NCBI GenBank assembly: GCA_024704765.1
Contig: JAKMXF010000088.1
Coordinates: 124,001 to 188,000 of the forward strand
Reading direction: 5' to 3'
DNA: 64,000 bases
Source of the DNA: Oopsacas minuta
Lineage: Eukaryota > Animalia > Porifera
The translations under genes were made by a program, and so were the position numbers. This document shows positions 46,415 through 57,210 of the stretch, piece after piece. The first letter of the stretch is position 1; each line of letters begins with the position of its first letter. The notes under the pieces are model-generated. The model made no database searches, had not been told where the DNA came from, and saw only the letters and a list, made by a program, of their open reading frames with translations.

Positions 46415-49384
46415 TTATGCCCAATACATTAACCCCTTTTCGATCAACATAGGTTTACGCATTTGATCCCACTTTTCTAAGTCTCCACTTGATCCACTGG
46501 ACACAGAACTTGAGTCATCTTCTCTGAAAGTAGCTGACATCGCAGCTCTCTTCGCAACCCAATGCGCGTAGTAGACTGGAGCTGGTAATGAAACTGCTTT
46601 GGTGCATCTAGCATAGGTATGGCACAGTTGATACGTCAGTGCCTGGAGCGAGTTGGCATCGAAACTATTCTCGTCCCATAATACGTGATAATGAGAAGGA
46701 CGGCTCGTGCCTTGCAGACCGAAGTGACTGCATAAAAAGAAGTCAAATTCGAGATTGTGTGTTACTTCTCTATCCACACATGTCCCTGGAGGAACATTCC
46801 CACCTCTTCCTACTTGATCTCTCCTATCTGCACAAAACATTCTCAAATGCTGTCTCTTCTGTACGCATACCAGCGTTATTGCAGGTTCATAGCCTGGGTT
46901 ATCAGCATGGAACCTCTTGCAAGCTTTTCTGAGTGCTTTCAATTCCCAGTCCAATACTTGGATGAATTGTCCCTCGGAAACACCGTCTCGATAATAAATT
47001 ATTCTCTCGGGAAGATGACCTTTACAGAATTGCTGAAAGCCCAAAAGGATTTCGTAGGCCATCTCTTCAAACTTATCAATCATCTCTAGTCGTTCCTTTC
47101 TCTTCAGCGGTTGATTACTTACGATTTTATCGACAATTGAGCGACTGTGTTTCTGAAAACGAACACAGCTCAAATATTTGGCTAACTTGGAATCAAGAGA
47201 TCCTACCATGGCTGCGATAGAAGGAGTAAATTGATCTGTGCCTGGTCCGGGATGAGCTACATCAGCACCTAAAAACATGATAGGACGTTTGAAAAGTTCT
47301 GCACTGGGCGTACGAGACATCTCAACTATATGATTTATCCCTCCTAGCTTTGCATTCATCTTTAAGCATATATTAGCAATAACACTCTTGCTAACTTTGA
47401 AAAGATTTTTGTCCTTTATGCACTGAGAGTTGATTCCTAACTCAGAGTCACAAACACGCTTGATATGTCCATACATTTCTCTATTTTCCAGAGGAAATGG
47501 TTTTGCATTGATGAATACCACAATCATCTGTAGCCTGGAATTGCTACGATAAACTGATTCTAATTCTTTCCGTATTAGTTCTTTTTTCCTAAATTCATCT
47601 TCTCTTGCGTTAATACGTGGGGCATTTATAAATAGGGGCTTTTGGATTCTCATTCCACTATTTCCTCCAACATCTTGTAACTCGTAGATAAAGTGGTCGC
47701 ATTTGTCACGATGTAAACCAACAAAGTCAATTATTCCCCAGGAATCCATTGATTTTCCATTACTGAAAACTACACCCATCAAATTCCACGAACCATCCCT
47801 TGGGTTTAAAGTTTTGTTATTGTAGTTTATAATAGGGGTATCTAGCACTCTTCCTTCAACCTCTATCATCCTGTTACTTGGCTGGATGCCATAGTGAGCG
47901 AGCAAAGGATCTTTAATCACAATTTCCCTACTTGCTATTTGTTGGATCACTTTTTCCTTATCAAAAGCCGGTTTAGCAGCGTATCTAATTATATTAGCTG
48001 TTTGATCGCCTGTCAACTTTCCAATTTTATGCTGTCCTTTAACAACAGTGCACAATTCCATCGGTATAGCAGTACCTTTGTTACCAACTAAGACGCAGGG
48101 TAGATCAGGAAAATCTAGTTTGATTTTATACTTTTGCATGAAATATTTCTCTATAGTAGTGTCAGGCCCTTCTCCAGGTTTGAACTTAACTGATGACGCT
48201 TCTTTTCCAAAGACTTTCTTTGCGGAGTTGTTTATTTTATAAACGCGCCTAAAGCCTAGATGCTTTGTTGCTACCTTTAAATTACAGAGTACTCTCTGTA
48301 AAACATTAATTTTTCTCATTGCTTCCCTTGGATTCTGTACATTAACAGCATCGCAGATAAAATCTATCAGATTCATATCCTTCATCATCCCAGCCACTGC
48401 AGTATCAATATTGATGAAGGGTTTCCACTGCCCTGGTCTTAGAGACTGAAAGTACCCTTCCCAAATGTCGCAACCTTCTCCCAAGTTAGGTGGGTTCTGT
48501 CCAGGATCAAAATAGAAATTTCTTCCAACAGTTACATGCTTTGACTGAGGTAGTTGTCTCATTATCACTTCTATTGCTTGAATCGCAGTCCTGCCTCTAT
48601 CGAAATCTTCTTGACGATCAACAGCAGTGAGATAGGGTTTATTTCTGTCTATAAATTCCTGAATCATTGATAAATCAATTGTTGCAACATGAGTAAACAC
48701 AACTCTATGAGACCTCTTCTTATCCCCATTTTCAGTATCCAGCCAATCCACATTTTTATACTCTCTCGTAGTAGTGTTACCCCAAAGGGGCTTCTTTGTG
48801 TACAGAATAGCTTGTCCATCATAAACAGGCTTTTCTCCAGGAAAATCGGATTGGAAATTTCTGAGTAAAGAATTTATAACTGCTTTGCAGATAAACTTTT
48901 GAGTGACAGATTTATCTTCAGATTTCAAACTATCATTGAAAACATCAATATGATACATTTGTATGGTTAGGTGGGGTATTTGGATAGGAAAGTAGTTCAA
49001 ACGTAATGGAATAACACGGCCTACTGTTCCATACCCATTTTTTGGTCTAGGAGGTGGAAAGTAATTACTAGCACTGATACCCATAGTTGAAGAAATTGGT
49101 ATAGGAGGAAGGAGGGATGGGGTAAGAGGTGGTGGAGAAGCTGTAGCCCCTTGTGACATATCCTCAGGGTCAGGTACAAATTTTGCTCCGGGAGGTGGAG
49201 ATTCTGCTTGGGGGGGATGAGCAGGACTTGGCGGGGTTGCTGGGTAGTCATCTTCTATACTGAGACTACTTGTCTGGGCAACTGCTTGATCATAATCCCC
49301 ACTCCGTCTTTCTTCAGAATATCCTCTTCCACGCCTTCGACGCCCTTTTCCTCTAGACCTTCTGGGACTGCCTCTCTCTGCCAT
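46415..49384 (-). CDS. AGO: Argonaute, AGO clade, 989 aa, single exon, DEDH tetrad present
   Basis: N, PAZ (TTIEKYFMQKYKIKLDFPDLPCV...PMELC), MID (NICLKMNAKLGGIN) and PIWI (FLGADVAHP; RLEMI; YYRDGVSEGQF; GTSRPSHY; CHTYARCTKAVSLPAPVYYAH) domains. Confidence 0.97.
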   Translation of the reverse strand: MAERGSPRRSRGKGRRRRGRGYSEERRSGDYDQAVAQTSSLSIEDDYPATPPSPAHPPQAESPPPGAKFVPDPEDMSQGATASPPPLTPSLLPPIPISSTMGISASNYFPPPRPKNGYGTVGRVIPLRLNYFPIQIPHLTIQMYHIDVFNDSLKSEDKSVTQKFICKAVINSLLRNFQSDFPGEKPVYDGQAILYTKKPLWGNTTTREYKNVDWLDTENGDKKRSHRVVFTHVATIDLSMIQEFIDRNKPYLTAVDRQEDFDRGRTAIQAIEVIMRQLPQSKHVTVGRNFYFDPGQNPPNLGEGCDIWEGYFQSLRPGQWKPFINIDTAVAGMMKDMNLIDFICDAVNVQNPREAMRKINVLQRVLCNLKVATKHLGFRRVYKINNSAKKVFGKEASSVKFKPGEGPDTTIEKYFMQKYKIKLDFPDLPCVLVGNKGTAIPMELCTVVKGQHKIGKLTGDQTANIIRYAAKPAFDKEKVIQQIASREIVIKDPLLAHYGIQPSNRMIEVEGRVLDTPIINYNNKTLNPRDGSWNLMGVVFSNGKSMDSWGIIDFVGLHRDKCDHFIYELQDVGGNSGMRIQKPLFINAPRINAREDEFRKKELIRKELESVYRSNSRLQMIVVFINAKPFPLENREMYGHIKRVCDSELGINSQCIKDKNLFKVSKSVIANICLKMNAKLGGINHIVEMSRTPSAELFKRPIMFLGADVAHPGPGTDQFTPSIAAMVGSLDSKLAKYLSCVRFQKHSRSIVDKIVSNQPLKRKERLEMIDKFEEMAYEILLGFQQFCKGHLPERIIYYRDGVSEGQFIQVLDWELKALRKACKRFHADNPGYEPAITLVCVQKRQHLRMFCADRRDQVGRGGNVPPGTCVDREVTHNLEFDFFLCSHFGLQGTSRPSHYHVLWDENSFDANSLQALTYQLCHTYARCTKAVSLPAPVYYAHWVAKRAAMSATFREDDSSSVSSGSSGDLEKWDQMRKPMLIEKGLMYWA

Positions 49385-49737
49385 TTTATATGAATGAGGT
49401 ATAAATTATAAATGAACTAATGTAATTTGTGAAAGAAAATTGGATCGTAAATAAACACAAACTAAGTTGTAATGACTATTGTATATAGTGCGTGGAAATA
49501 GAAATTGTAGAATTAAGAAGGAAAATTCATGAAAAAAAGATATATTCAATACAAGCACTCAAGCATAGACTGTGTATTGAATAACTCTAAGACTAGAATA
49601 GAAGAATGCAAGTTATGTCACAGCTTGTGGCTCACTCACATGGCATATAAAATCTAGAAAACTATTACTCAATTCTATGTGCTCAAATTTCAAATATGTA
49701 CGTCAAAGAGCCCTACCGAAACGAAGGATTGGACTTT

Positions 49738-49774
49738 CCGGTTTCATCTCTGAAATGAAGAGAGATGAAACCGG
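49738..49774. other. 14-bp perfect stem, 9-nt loop, about 350 bp upstream of the AGO start
   Basis: CCGGTTTCATCTCT-GAAATGAAG-AGAGATGAAACCGG. Confidence 0.8.
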
Positions 49775-52087
49775 TCGGGTGAACCAGTCAATTTTGTAAC
49801 CGACAGTTCGAGATACATAGTTGGTTTAGTTGCCATAGTCCCGATCTTTGGGCAATATGTCGTTAGTATCTTAATTCAGGTTGTTAAGTATGGATATAAT
49901 AGTTGACAAGGTGTTAGTATAAACCTTCATTTCGAAAGGTTACAGTGGAACCTTCGAGATATTGAAATCCGGGCTCCTCCTTAAATCGGACTACATTTCC
50001 AAAAGTTGTAAATTAATTATAATGTTGCCATTTTTACAAGTAGCTAATTAACACATTTCTTAGCAACCAGTGACAACTATCTAGACTCGCAATACATCTT
50101 GATAGTGAGTTAATACATATCTATCATATATTATATATTATAATAATCACAAATTAGATCTACAAAAATTGTATTTTTTGAACACCTAGACACCCTCCTG
50201 GACTACCCTCTCTAAAGGTTCTACTGCATTGTTTAATAGCTATTGAGAATGAACGGTGGACCGGCACGTTGGGACCAGTAATGAATCAGCTGATGGGTCC
50301 AAAACGTCCTTCCTTATGGCAAAATCAATTCAGGACATAAATTACATACGGTAATCACTTAAATGGTTAATATTGATCAAAATTGAATTGAGAAATTCGA
50401 ATTCAAAATAGCATTCCATAAATCTTTCCTTGACAACGAACAAACGGACGGACAGAAAATAGAAATATAATAATACAGATTGAGTGCTGAGTTCGGTTGA
50501 GTCAACTGAATATTATCCGTTTTCGATTAGGATGCTATTCATGAATACTACCTGATATTCGGTTCGGACGGTTTCAACCTTGGTTCGTTTCAATGGAAAT
50601 GAATGAAGATGGACCAAAATTGCCCCGCTTATATAGGTTCCCCAATTACAGACAAACCACTTATATAGGTTGCACTATACTAGTACTACATTTGGACACC
50701 AAGTTTAATTAATGTGAAGGTTGAACATGGTGGCAGTCACAAGAAAGCGTCTACGCAAATCTTGTGCAAAAAGAAACCATCACCCGTCGCTCACCCAAAC
50801 GTCTTATTGCCTCCTATCGTCCTGACCGTTTTATCGACCACTTTGAGATATTTTGGCTTAGAAAACCAATAGATCTTTGTCGGCATGTACGAATACCCCT
50901 GTATGCCAATTCCCACGACATTCTTGCATTTATCAGCGCAATATCGTAGTTAACTGGTCAATACATTTGATAAAAGGCTGTGGCTACAGTAATGTACTGG
51001 GATCGGTTAAATCCCTGCACGTGTAACGGGAGCAAACAAAAGCGCGCTAGTATAAATATATTAAATCAAGAAATAATTCAGATCTTGTAAAGATATTTCT
51101 AACAGAGTAACTACGTATATAGAACACAACGAAAAGGCAATTTTCTGATATTGACAAATTTTCATGAAAATCTGGAATGATACCGGACCCAGATATCGTG
51201 CGTAAAATAAGTTTTGTTCATTTGTTGTCACTTGAAATGGAACTATGTAATAACGTAGAAAATAGAAGGAATTGTTAATCCCACAGCATGAGCTGTACCA
51301 CAAGTCATTCGTTCAGATTAGTGAATAATTATCACCTACAAGTAATAGGTATGTAGTTACGTTAATTATAAACTTACACTACACAACAGATGTAACCTTC
51401 ACAGAATCAAAGAATCCAAATCAGCAATCAAATGAATATATATATTCCGAATTCCTAGAATTTATTGAAATAGCAATATAAGCTTTGATGTGTTTTAAGG
51501 GCATATGGTTGTGTTTGATTATAGCAAGATAATCTAGACTCTAGAGCAGACAGAGGTGTCTTTAGGCGTTAGTAGGCACCTGGGTACAAGGAGTTATACA
51601 GGTTATTCGGAGCACGCTTCCAGCGCCCAACCTCTAAATTTTCATACGCTCAAATCATTAAAATAGTGATACGGTATAGGGAAAGATCCTCTATTTTTAC
51701 TCTCCTAAATATAATATCGTCAAAAATCATACACCTAGAGGAGCGTCCAGCGCTCCTAGATAATTCCTTGCCTGGGTACTAATAATAACCAGGCCCCTCT
51801 CATCCTTAAAAATGCCAATAAAATAATAATTCTAGTATTTGAGTTTAGGACACATAACGGATCGCGACCTTTATTGGACACTTTCCAGCGATTCCCTTTA
51901 GGACAACATCCAGCATTGGAGTTTGGGACAAATTCATGAACTGTATAGGACAAATTCCAGCTATCCCTTAGCTTGTACAATTGGCAAGCAATTATTCACA
52001 TCAGAAAAAGTAGGCCCTGAGCAAGTCTCCAGTTTGCCCATTGATAAAGAAGGCACTGAGAGCAGGGATTCTCATAGTAGGCCATTT

Positions 52088-52444
52088 CAGAGTTGGAATC
52101 GGGTCCACTTTTCAGAACCCAACCTGACCCGAAGTGTAAATAAGTGTAGATATTAACTTAAATTCCTCTAAAATATATGTTTTGTTGACATTTCATTGAA
52201 TTAAGTAGCTAGTAGCATGTTTTGTATTTTAAGAAAAATTTCTTGCAATAATATTGGTTAATAATATTTGTCCCGTAAATGTCCTTTTGAGGTCATTTTA
52301 TTAAAGTTCCATATGAGGTTTCTAAAGTAAATATAATCTTTCAAAAAATAGAATTAAATCATTGAATTTAAAAAATTATGCACAAAGTTCGAACTGATTA
52401 ACTTCGAACCCGACCCGAGAAACCAGAACCCGATTCCAACTCTG
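52088..52444. mobile_element. hAT-type MITE, 357 bp
   Basis: Perfect 16-bp TIR CAGAGTTGGAATCGGG; TSD GGCCATTT/GACCATTT (7/8). Confidence 0.87.
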
Positions 52445-52800
52445 GACCATTTGGAGCACCTCCTTTAATTAATACTCTATAGACAGTATAACCTGTCTAG
52501 AACTAATGACAGGTACTCAACCAGTTCGGTCTCAGGCCCTTTGGTGTACCTACTAACGAGGTTCCACTTTAGGTAGTTACTGAGCAAATTCTTAACAACT
52601 TATTACGTATTACGTATGATTCTATTCATTGTATTGACGATTAGACATAAATTTTGTTTTATATTTCTGTCTATGTAAATTTTACCATTTTTATGCAGCT
52701 TATATGAACCCTGGAAGTTTAGGCATAAGTATAAGGTATAAAATAATTTCTAATTATGAAAAGAAATGTTACCAAAAATGAAGCTCTTTATGAAAATATA

Positions 52801-53050
52801 CACTCGATGGCCAAAAGTATTGGAACACTCTGCCACAATTGACACATGGTACAAATATGTATTTACATTAGTTACATATGCTGAAGATAATTTCAAACAT
52901 TTGTGAACGTATTTCTATGATTAATTTTATCATTACAATCGCCTTTTCTGATTTATCCACAGACAATTCAATACGCATATTATCGCATTGTGCAATATGC
53001 CACACGTGTTATTAATGGTATGGCGTTCCAATACTTTTGGCCAGGGAGTG
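52801..53050. mobile_element. Tc1-type MITE, 250 bp
   Basis: TA-CACTC..TGGCCAAAAGTATTGGAAC ... GTTCCAATACTTTTGGCCAGGGAGTG-TA. Confidence 0.85.
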
Positions 53051-55230
53051 TATATTAATTATTACATACCTGAAGAAGTGGCAGTCACTACCTAAGCGGC
53101 ATTATGCCACGGTAAGCCAGTGTCCACCAGCAATGACCTGACAATTGAGTCAGAAATCAGAATAGACAATCATTATTCGCATTACCTGTCTACAACCTAG
53201 CAATCTCTTAACTCGACAAATAATGTAAATAATAACTTGAATTCTTTCAAGCTTAATACTATTTATATAATCCAAGAAGTAGTGACTATATGATTGTAGA
53301 CATAATTTGATATCCAGACGATAGAATATTCTAATTATATTATTATTGGAAAACCATAATTATAGTACAAGATTGTGCATGTGATTATTATGATTATTAA
53401 TCATCTTACTCCCCCGCAGATCTTACGCTCTAACATGTTTTTCATTAACCTAGTAATAAAAACCTGTGCATTTTATTCGGGCGAGTTGCGCAGCCTGCGA
53501 AGACCAAGGTGTGAAGCTTGGCAGATAGTGTCGAATTAAGCTAACTATAAACATCTAATAAACTTGTATATACAGTAAAACTTGATTAATAAGTTTGCGC
53601 TTGGGATACAAAAAGTATATATTAACCGAGGTACGTCTTATTCGAGTTATAATCCAGGTTGTCAGTATTAGTATTCTAAGAAAATAGTATACGAATAATT
53701 ACGCTGAAATAATCAATAGAATATTAGTATTATCCACATTTCTAACCATATGATAAAAATATATTGTGATTTGAATCAGTTTTGATAATATACGATCCAC
53801 TTTGTGTTCGCAAGAATTAATTATATGTAAATATATCTGTGGTGGTGATTCATATAAATAGTTGAAATCTTAAAATATTCGTAGAGACTTGCTCTTAACG
53901 GCTACAATTTGGTAACAAAGTATGCTGAATCCGAATATCGCATATTCAAATTCCTTATATGTAAATAAATCAGATTCGGCATATTTGATATATTTATTCA
54001 AGTTTATTGAATTCTGTTTACTTTCTTGATAACATTATAAATCATAAGTATATAGTTATGCGACATTTCAGAATTGAGAAATTCGAATTCGGTACAACAT
54101 TCCATAAATCTTTTACTTAACAACAAATATACAAACAACGATTGCAATTTAATAATATAGATATGGTATATACTGTACTTATCAGTGAGTACGTCGTATC
54201 CGAGTATGATTCAATACATTTTGTTCTTTGGGAAGAAATATTTAGTACGTCTTAGCCGTGAACGTATTTATTATCCGAATCATTTATAGGAGAAATTTCG
54301 GTTATTCTAGACAAGTACATCTTAACCGAGTTCTACTGTAGTCCACTAAGACCAGAAGCCAGAATAAATATAATGTGTTGTAAGGAAGGTTATGTTATTT
54401 TTGGTTTTCTTGATCTCTAGCATGTCCTGAAACTGGCACCCGGTATTACACAGGTTAATTAATGTCCTAGTTAGCGGATGAGTCTTTCGCTCAGCGATAC
54501 ACACTGCGTAAATATGGTAGTGACTAATAGAGCCTAGCTGAACCACTAAAACAACTACAATTACTAATATTGTAAGCTTGCGTAGTAGTTATTTGAGGCG
54601 CCGCATGAAAAGAAATTCGTATACCAGGAGCGCCATAATTAGGAACAAAATATTGTGATTGGGTTCCAGATGTCGTTAACATAGGACAGCGCCTACGTCC
54701 TACCTAGTTAGAATCCTCCCTGAGAAGTTCGTGGTAGAGCAACAGAAGTATAAATATAGACACATGGCTACATAGTACTAGTCATAACTAATACATTTTT
54801 TGCTGCTTATTCGCTGAGTATACACTATACATTGTACTAACTAGCTAACTAATATTCTGAACTGAACTTACATGTATCAGTTTTGGCACTGTAACTGTAA
54901 GTAATTATTTAAGCGCTACAAATAATAATTACTTCGTCAGGTTGTAACTTTTAATAGGACAGGGAAACCCCTTTTACCCACATGTGAGCTTTAATTGGAA
55001 CGACGCGTGAATTACAACGAGTACGATATAAACATATTTTACGGAACCGATTGAGGAATATTATGGCATTTCTAAACTATACGTTCCTAACAGCTGTACC
55101 CCTACATACAACACATTATTATTTTTTAGTTATATTGAAATCAAAACAATGATAAAATATTACAATAATACACAGCATCTATAGCTATTACTCATACCAA
55201 ATGCGTTTAACTTGTGGAGAGAGAAAATAT

Positions 55231-56201
55231 TTACAAAAGATTGCATTTAGAGGAATCTCTTGCTGCCTCTCTACTGTGTGTACTCCCAACATTAGAATTA
55301 TTTTTTTGTTTTAAAATGTATTCGTTTCGCTTTTCATTTTCTACAATCAAACTAGCAAGAGAGACAATTGCATACTCAACTTGTTCATGTGATTTACAAC
55401 TAACTTCAAAGTAGAGTAAGTTATGTGCATCTGCGAATTCTTTTCCAGTTTCATAAGAAATCTTTCGTTCTTCAATTAAATCACACTTGTTTGCAACTAA
55501 AATTAATCGAGTTTCTTTATGAGTAAAGTTGCATGGTTCAAACGGATAATCTTCGAGTTTATCTATAGACAGTAAATAATCACTCAACTAATTTGAAGAT
55601 GGAGATGAATGGGTAGCTAGTGGTTCTATGGTGTTGAGTTTTTGAATCGATTTCTAATTGTGAATTGGGATTTTTATCGTATTAGCAATTCGAAAGCCTC
55701 TGTTGTTTGAATGTGTGTACAGTAGAACTCGGATAAGACGTACATTTGGTAAGAAGAAATGTTTCTTTCATCCGAAAAAATTAGTTCCCATTCGCTGTAA
55801 TACAAGACTTATTCGGATAAGGGGGTATGTCTTATCTGAGTTCGTAATACAAGTTATGGCTAGGAATGCTGCTGGTCAAACCAGCCTGAGTAGAACCAAA
55901 TCTTACCGAAAGACTCGCGATTTGTGACATCAAAGACTAAGATAGTACCACGCGCGAAACGGTAGTAAGATGGTGAAATTGATAGGTGGTTCCGAATCCC
56001 TTGAGTGTCCCAAAGTTGTAATTTTATCTTAATTCCATCAAGTTGAATATTATGAGTAGAGAAATCAATACAAATAGTTGGGTTATATGAGGTATTTAAT
56101 TCTGTATTACTAGCAAATTGCTTCACAATGCTTGACTTTCCAACTCTTAGTGATCCAATTATTGCAATCCTGTATGTCGGGTAATGAAATATATCTGTCA
56201 T
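55231..56201 (-). CDS. Divergent Rab-family small GTPase B (exons 55907-56201 and 55231-55562; 208 aa; C-terminal CNLL)
   Basis: G1 GSLRVGKS, PTICIDF, WDTQGI, SYYRFARGTILVFDVT, NKCD and EVSCK; intron at the same position and phase as paralogue A, and exon 2 the same length (332 nt). Confidence 0.9.
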
Positions 56202-56665
56202 CTGTAATGGTTTCCCGTTGTGTATTCTTCCAATATTATCATTAATTTGATATAAACGTAAATTTCTATATTATGTTTCATTGGCGCCAAGTTATAGGAA
56301 ACAAAATCAAGCCTGGGGCACCATAAGAAATTACTGATACCTCTATGTAAATTTCACACAAATACCATCCAGCACTCCAGCCTCTAAAATCAGGTACCAA
56401 ACATAGCACCTATGAATATTACACCAATCGACACATAGGAGCCAGAGCTGCAAATGGTCATTCCGAGTGAACCATTCACCCATTATCTACAGTGGCATAG
56501 GAGGTTAATTTATTGTATTTTATTCAGTTCATGACCCATCCCATCCCACCCTACCCCACCCCTATAAATTTCTCAAACAGAACATAATAAAATACGAAAC
56601 ATTACGTAACATTAACTACGGCAGTAGTCTATTTTCGTGTAAATCTGTCCTTGATATTTGTTTAA

Positions 56666-56807
56666 CCGATTACGGCCGGAATGTTACGTCCGTAACGAAA
56701 AGGAACACTAAATTTTAACACTTCGTTTAACCAATTCCCGCACAAAAAAAGAGATTTTAGCACCTTTTTGACGTCATGAAATTAGACATTTTCCCGGCAG
56801 TATTCGG
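56666..56807. mobile_element. piggyBac-like MITE, 142 bp
   Basis: TTAA flanks (56662-56665 and 56808-56811); TIR CCGA(T/A)TAC(G/T)GCCGG. Confidence 0.78.
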
Positions 56808-57210
56808 TTAAGATCAGTTGAAATTAGCATGGATGGGCTAACCACCAAAATGGCGCAATAAAGTTCATTTCGTTGTGAATCACTGGATTTCACCCAGAAA
56901 CGTAAAGTGGGAGGGTAAAATAAAAGTGAGATTAAGTTCAAATAAGTGAGTCAGAATTGACAACTATGCAGGGGGTATCAACGTGACGTAATGTAACAGC
57001 CCATAGTCATTTCGTATTGCAGAAGTGTGAGAAGGTAATTAATTACTTTTGATAGTCCAGAAATGAAAGAATACAGAAGTACAAAATCAAAAAATTCGCC
57101 TATAATAGGCTTTCAGTTGTAGTATCATAGTAACTTTAAGCTTTATTTTGGCGCCTGAAGATATGTCCACTTGTGCCAATAATTGGTGTCTGTATTATAT
57201 GCCCATGTTG

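Noticed and set aside
49700-49800. Hammerhead ribozyme
   Set aside because: A stem and GAAAC are present, but there is no correctly spaced CUGANGA core on either strand.
42080-54160. Large segmental duplication around AGO, suggested by shared sequence at about 42080-42270 and 53820-53970
   Set aside because: The shared piece belongs to a dispersed repeat family (related parts at about 41940, 50390 and 54060 in differing orientations), and the intervening DNA does not align by eye.
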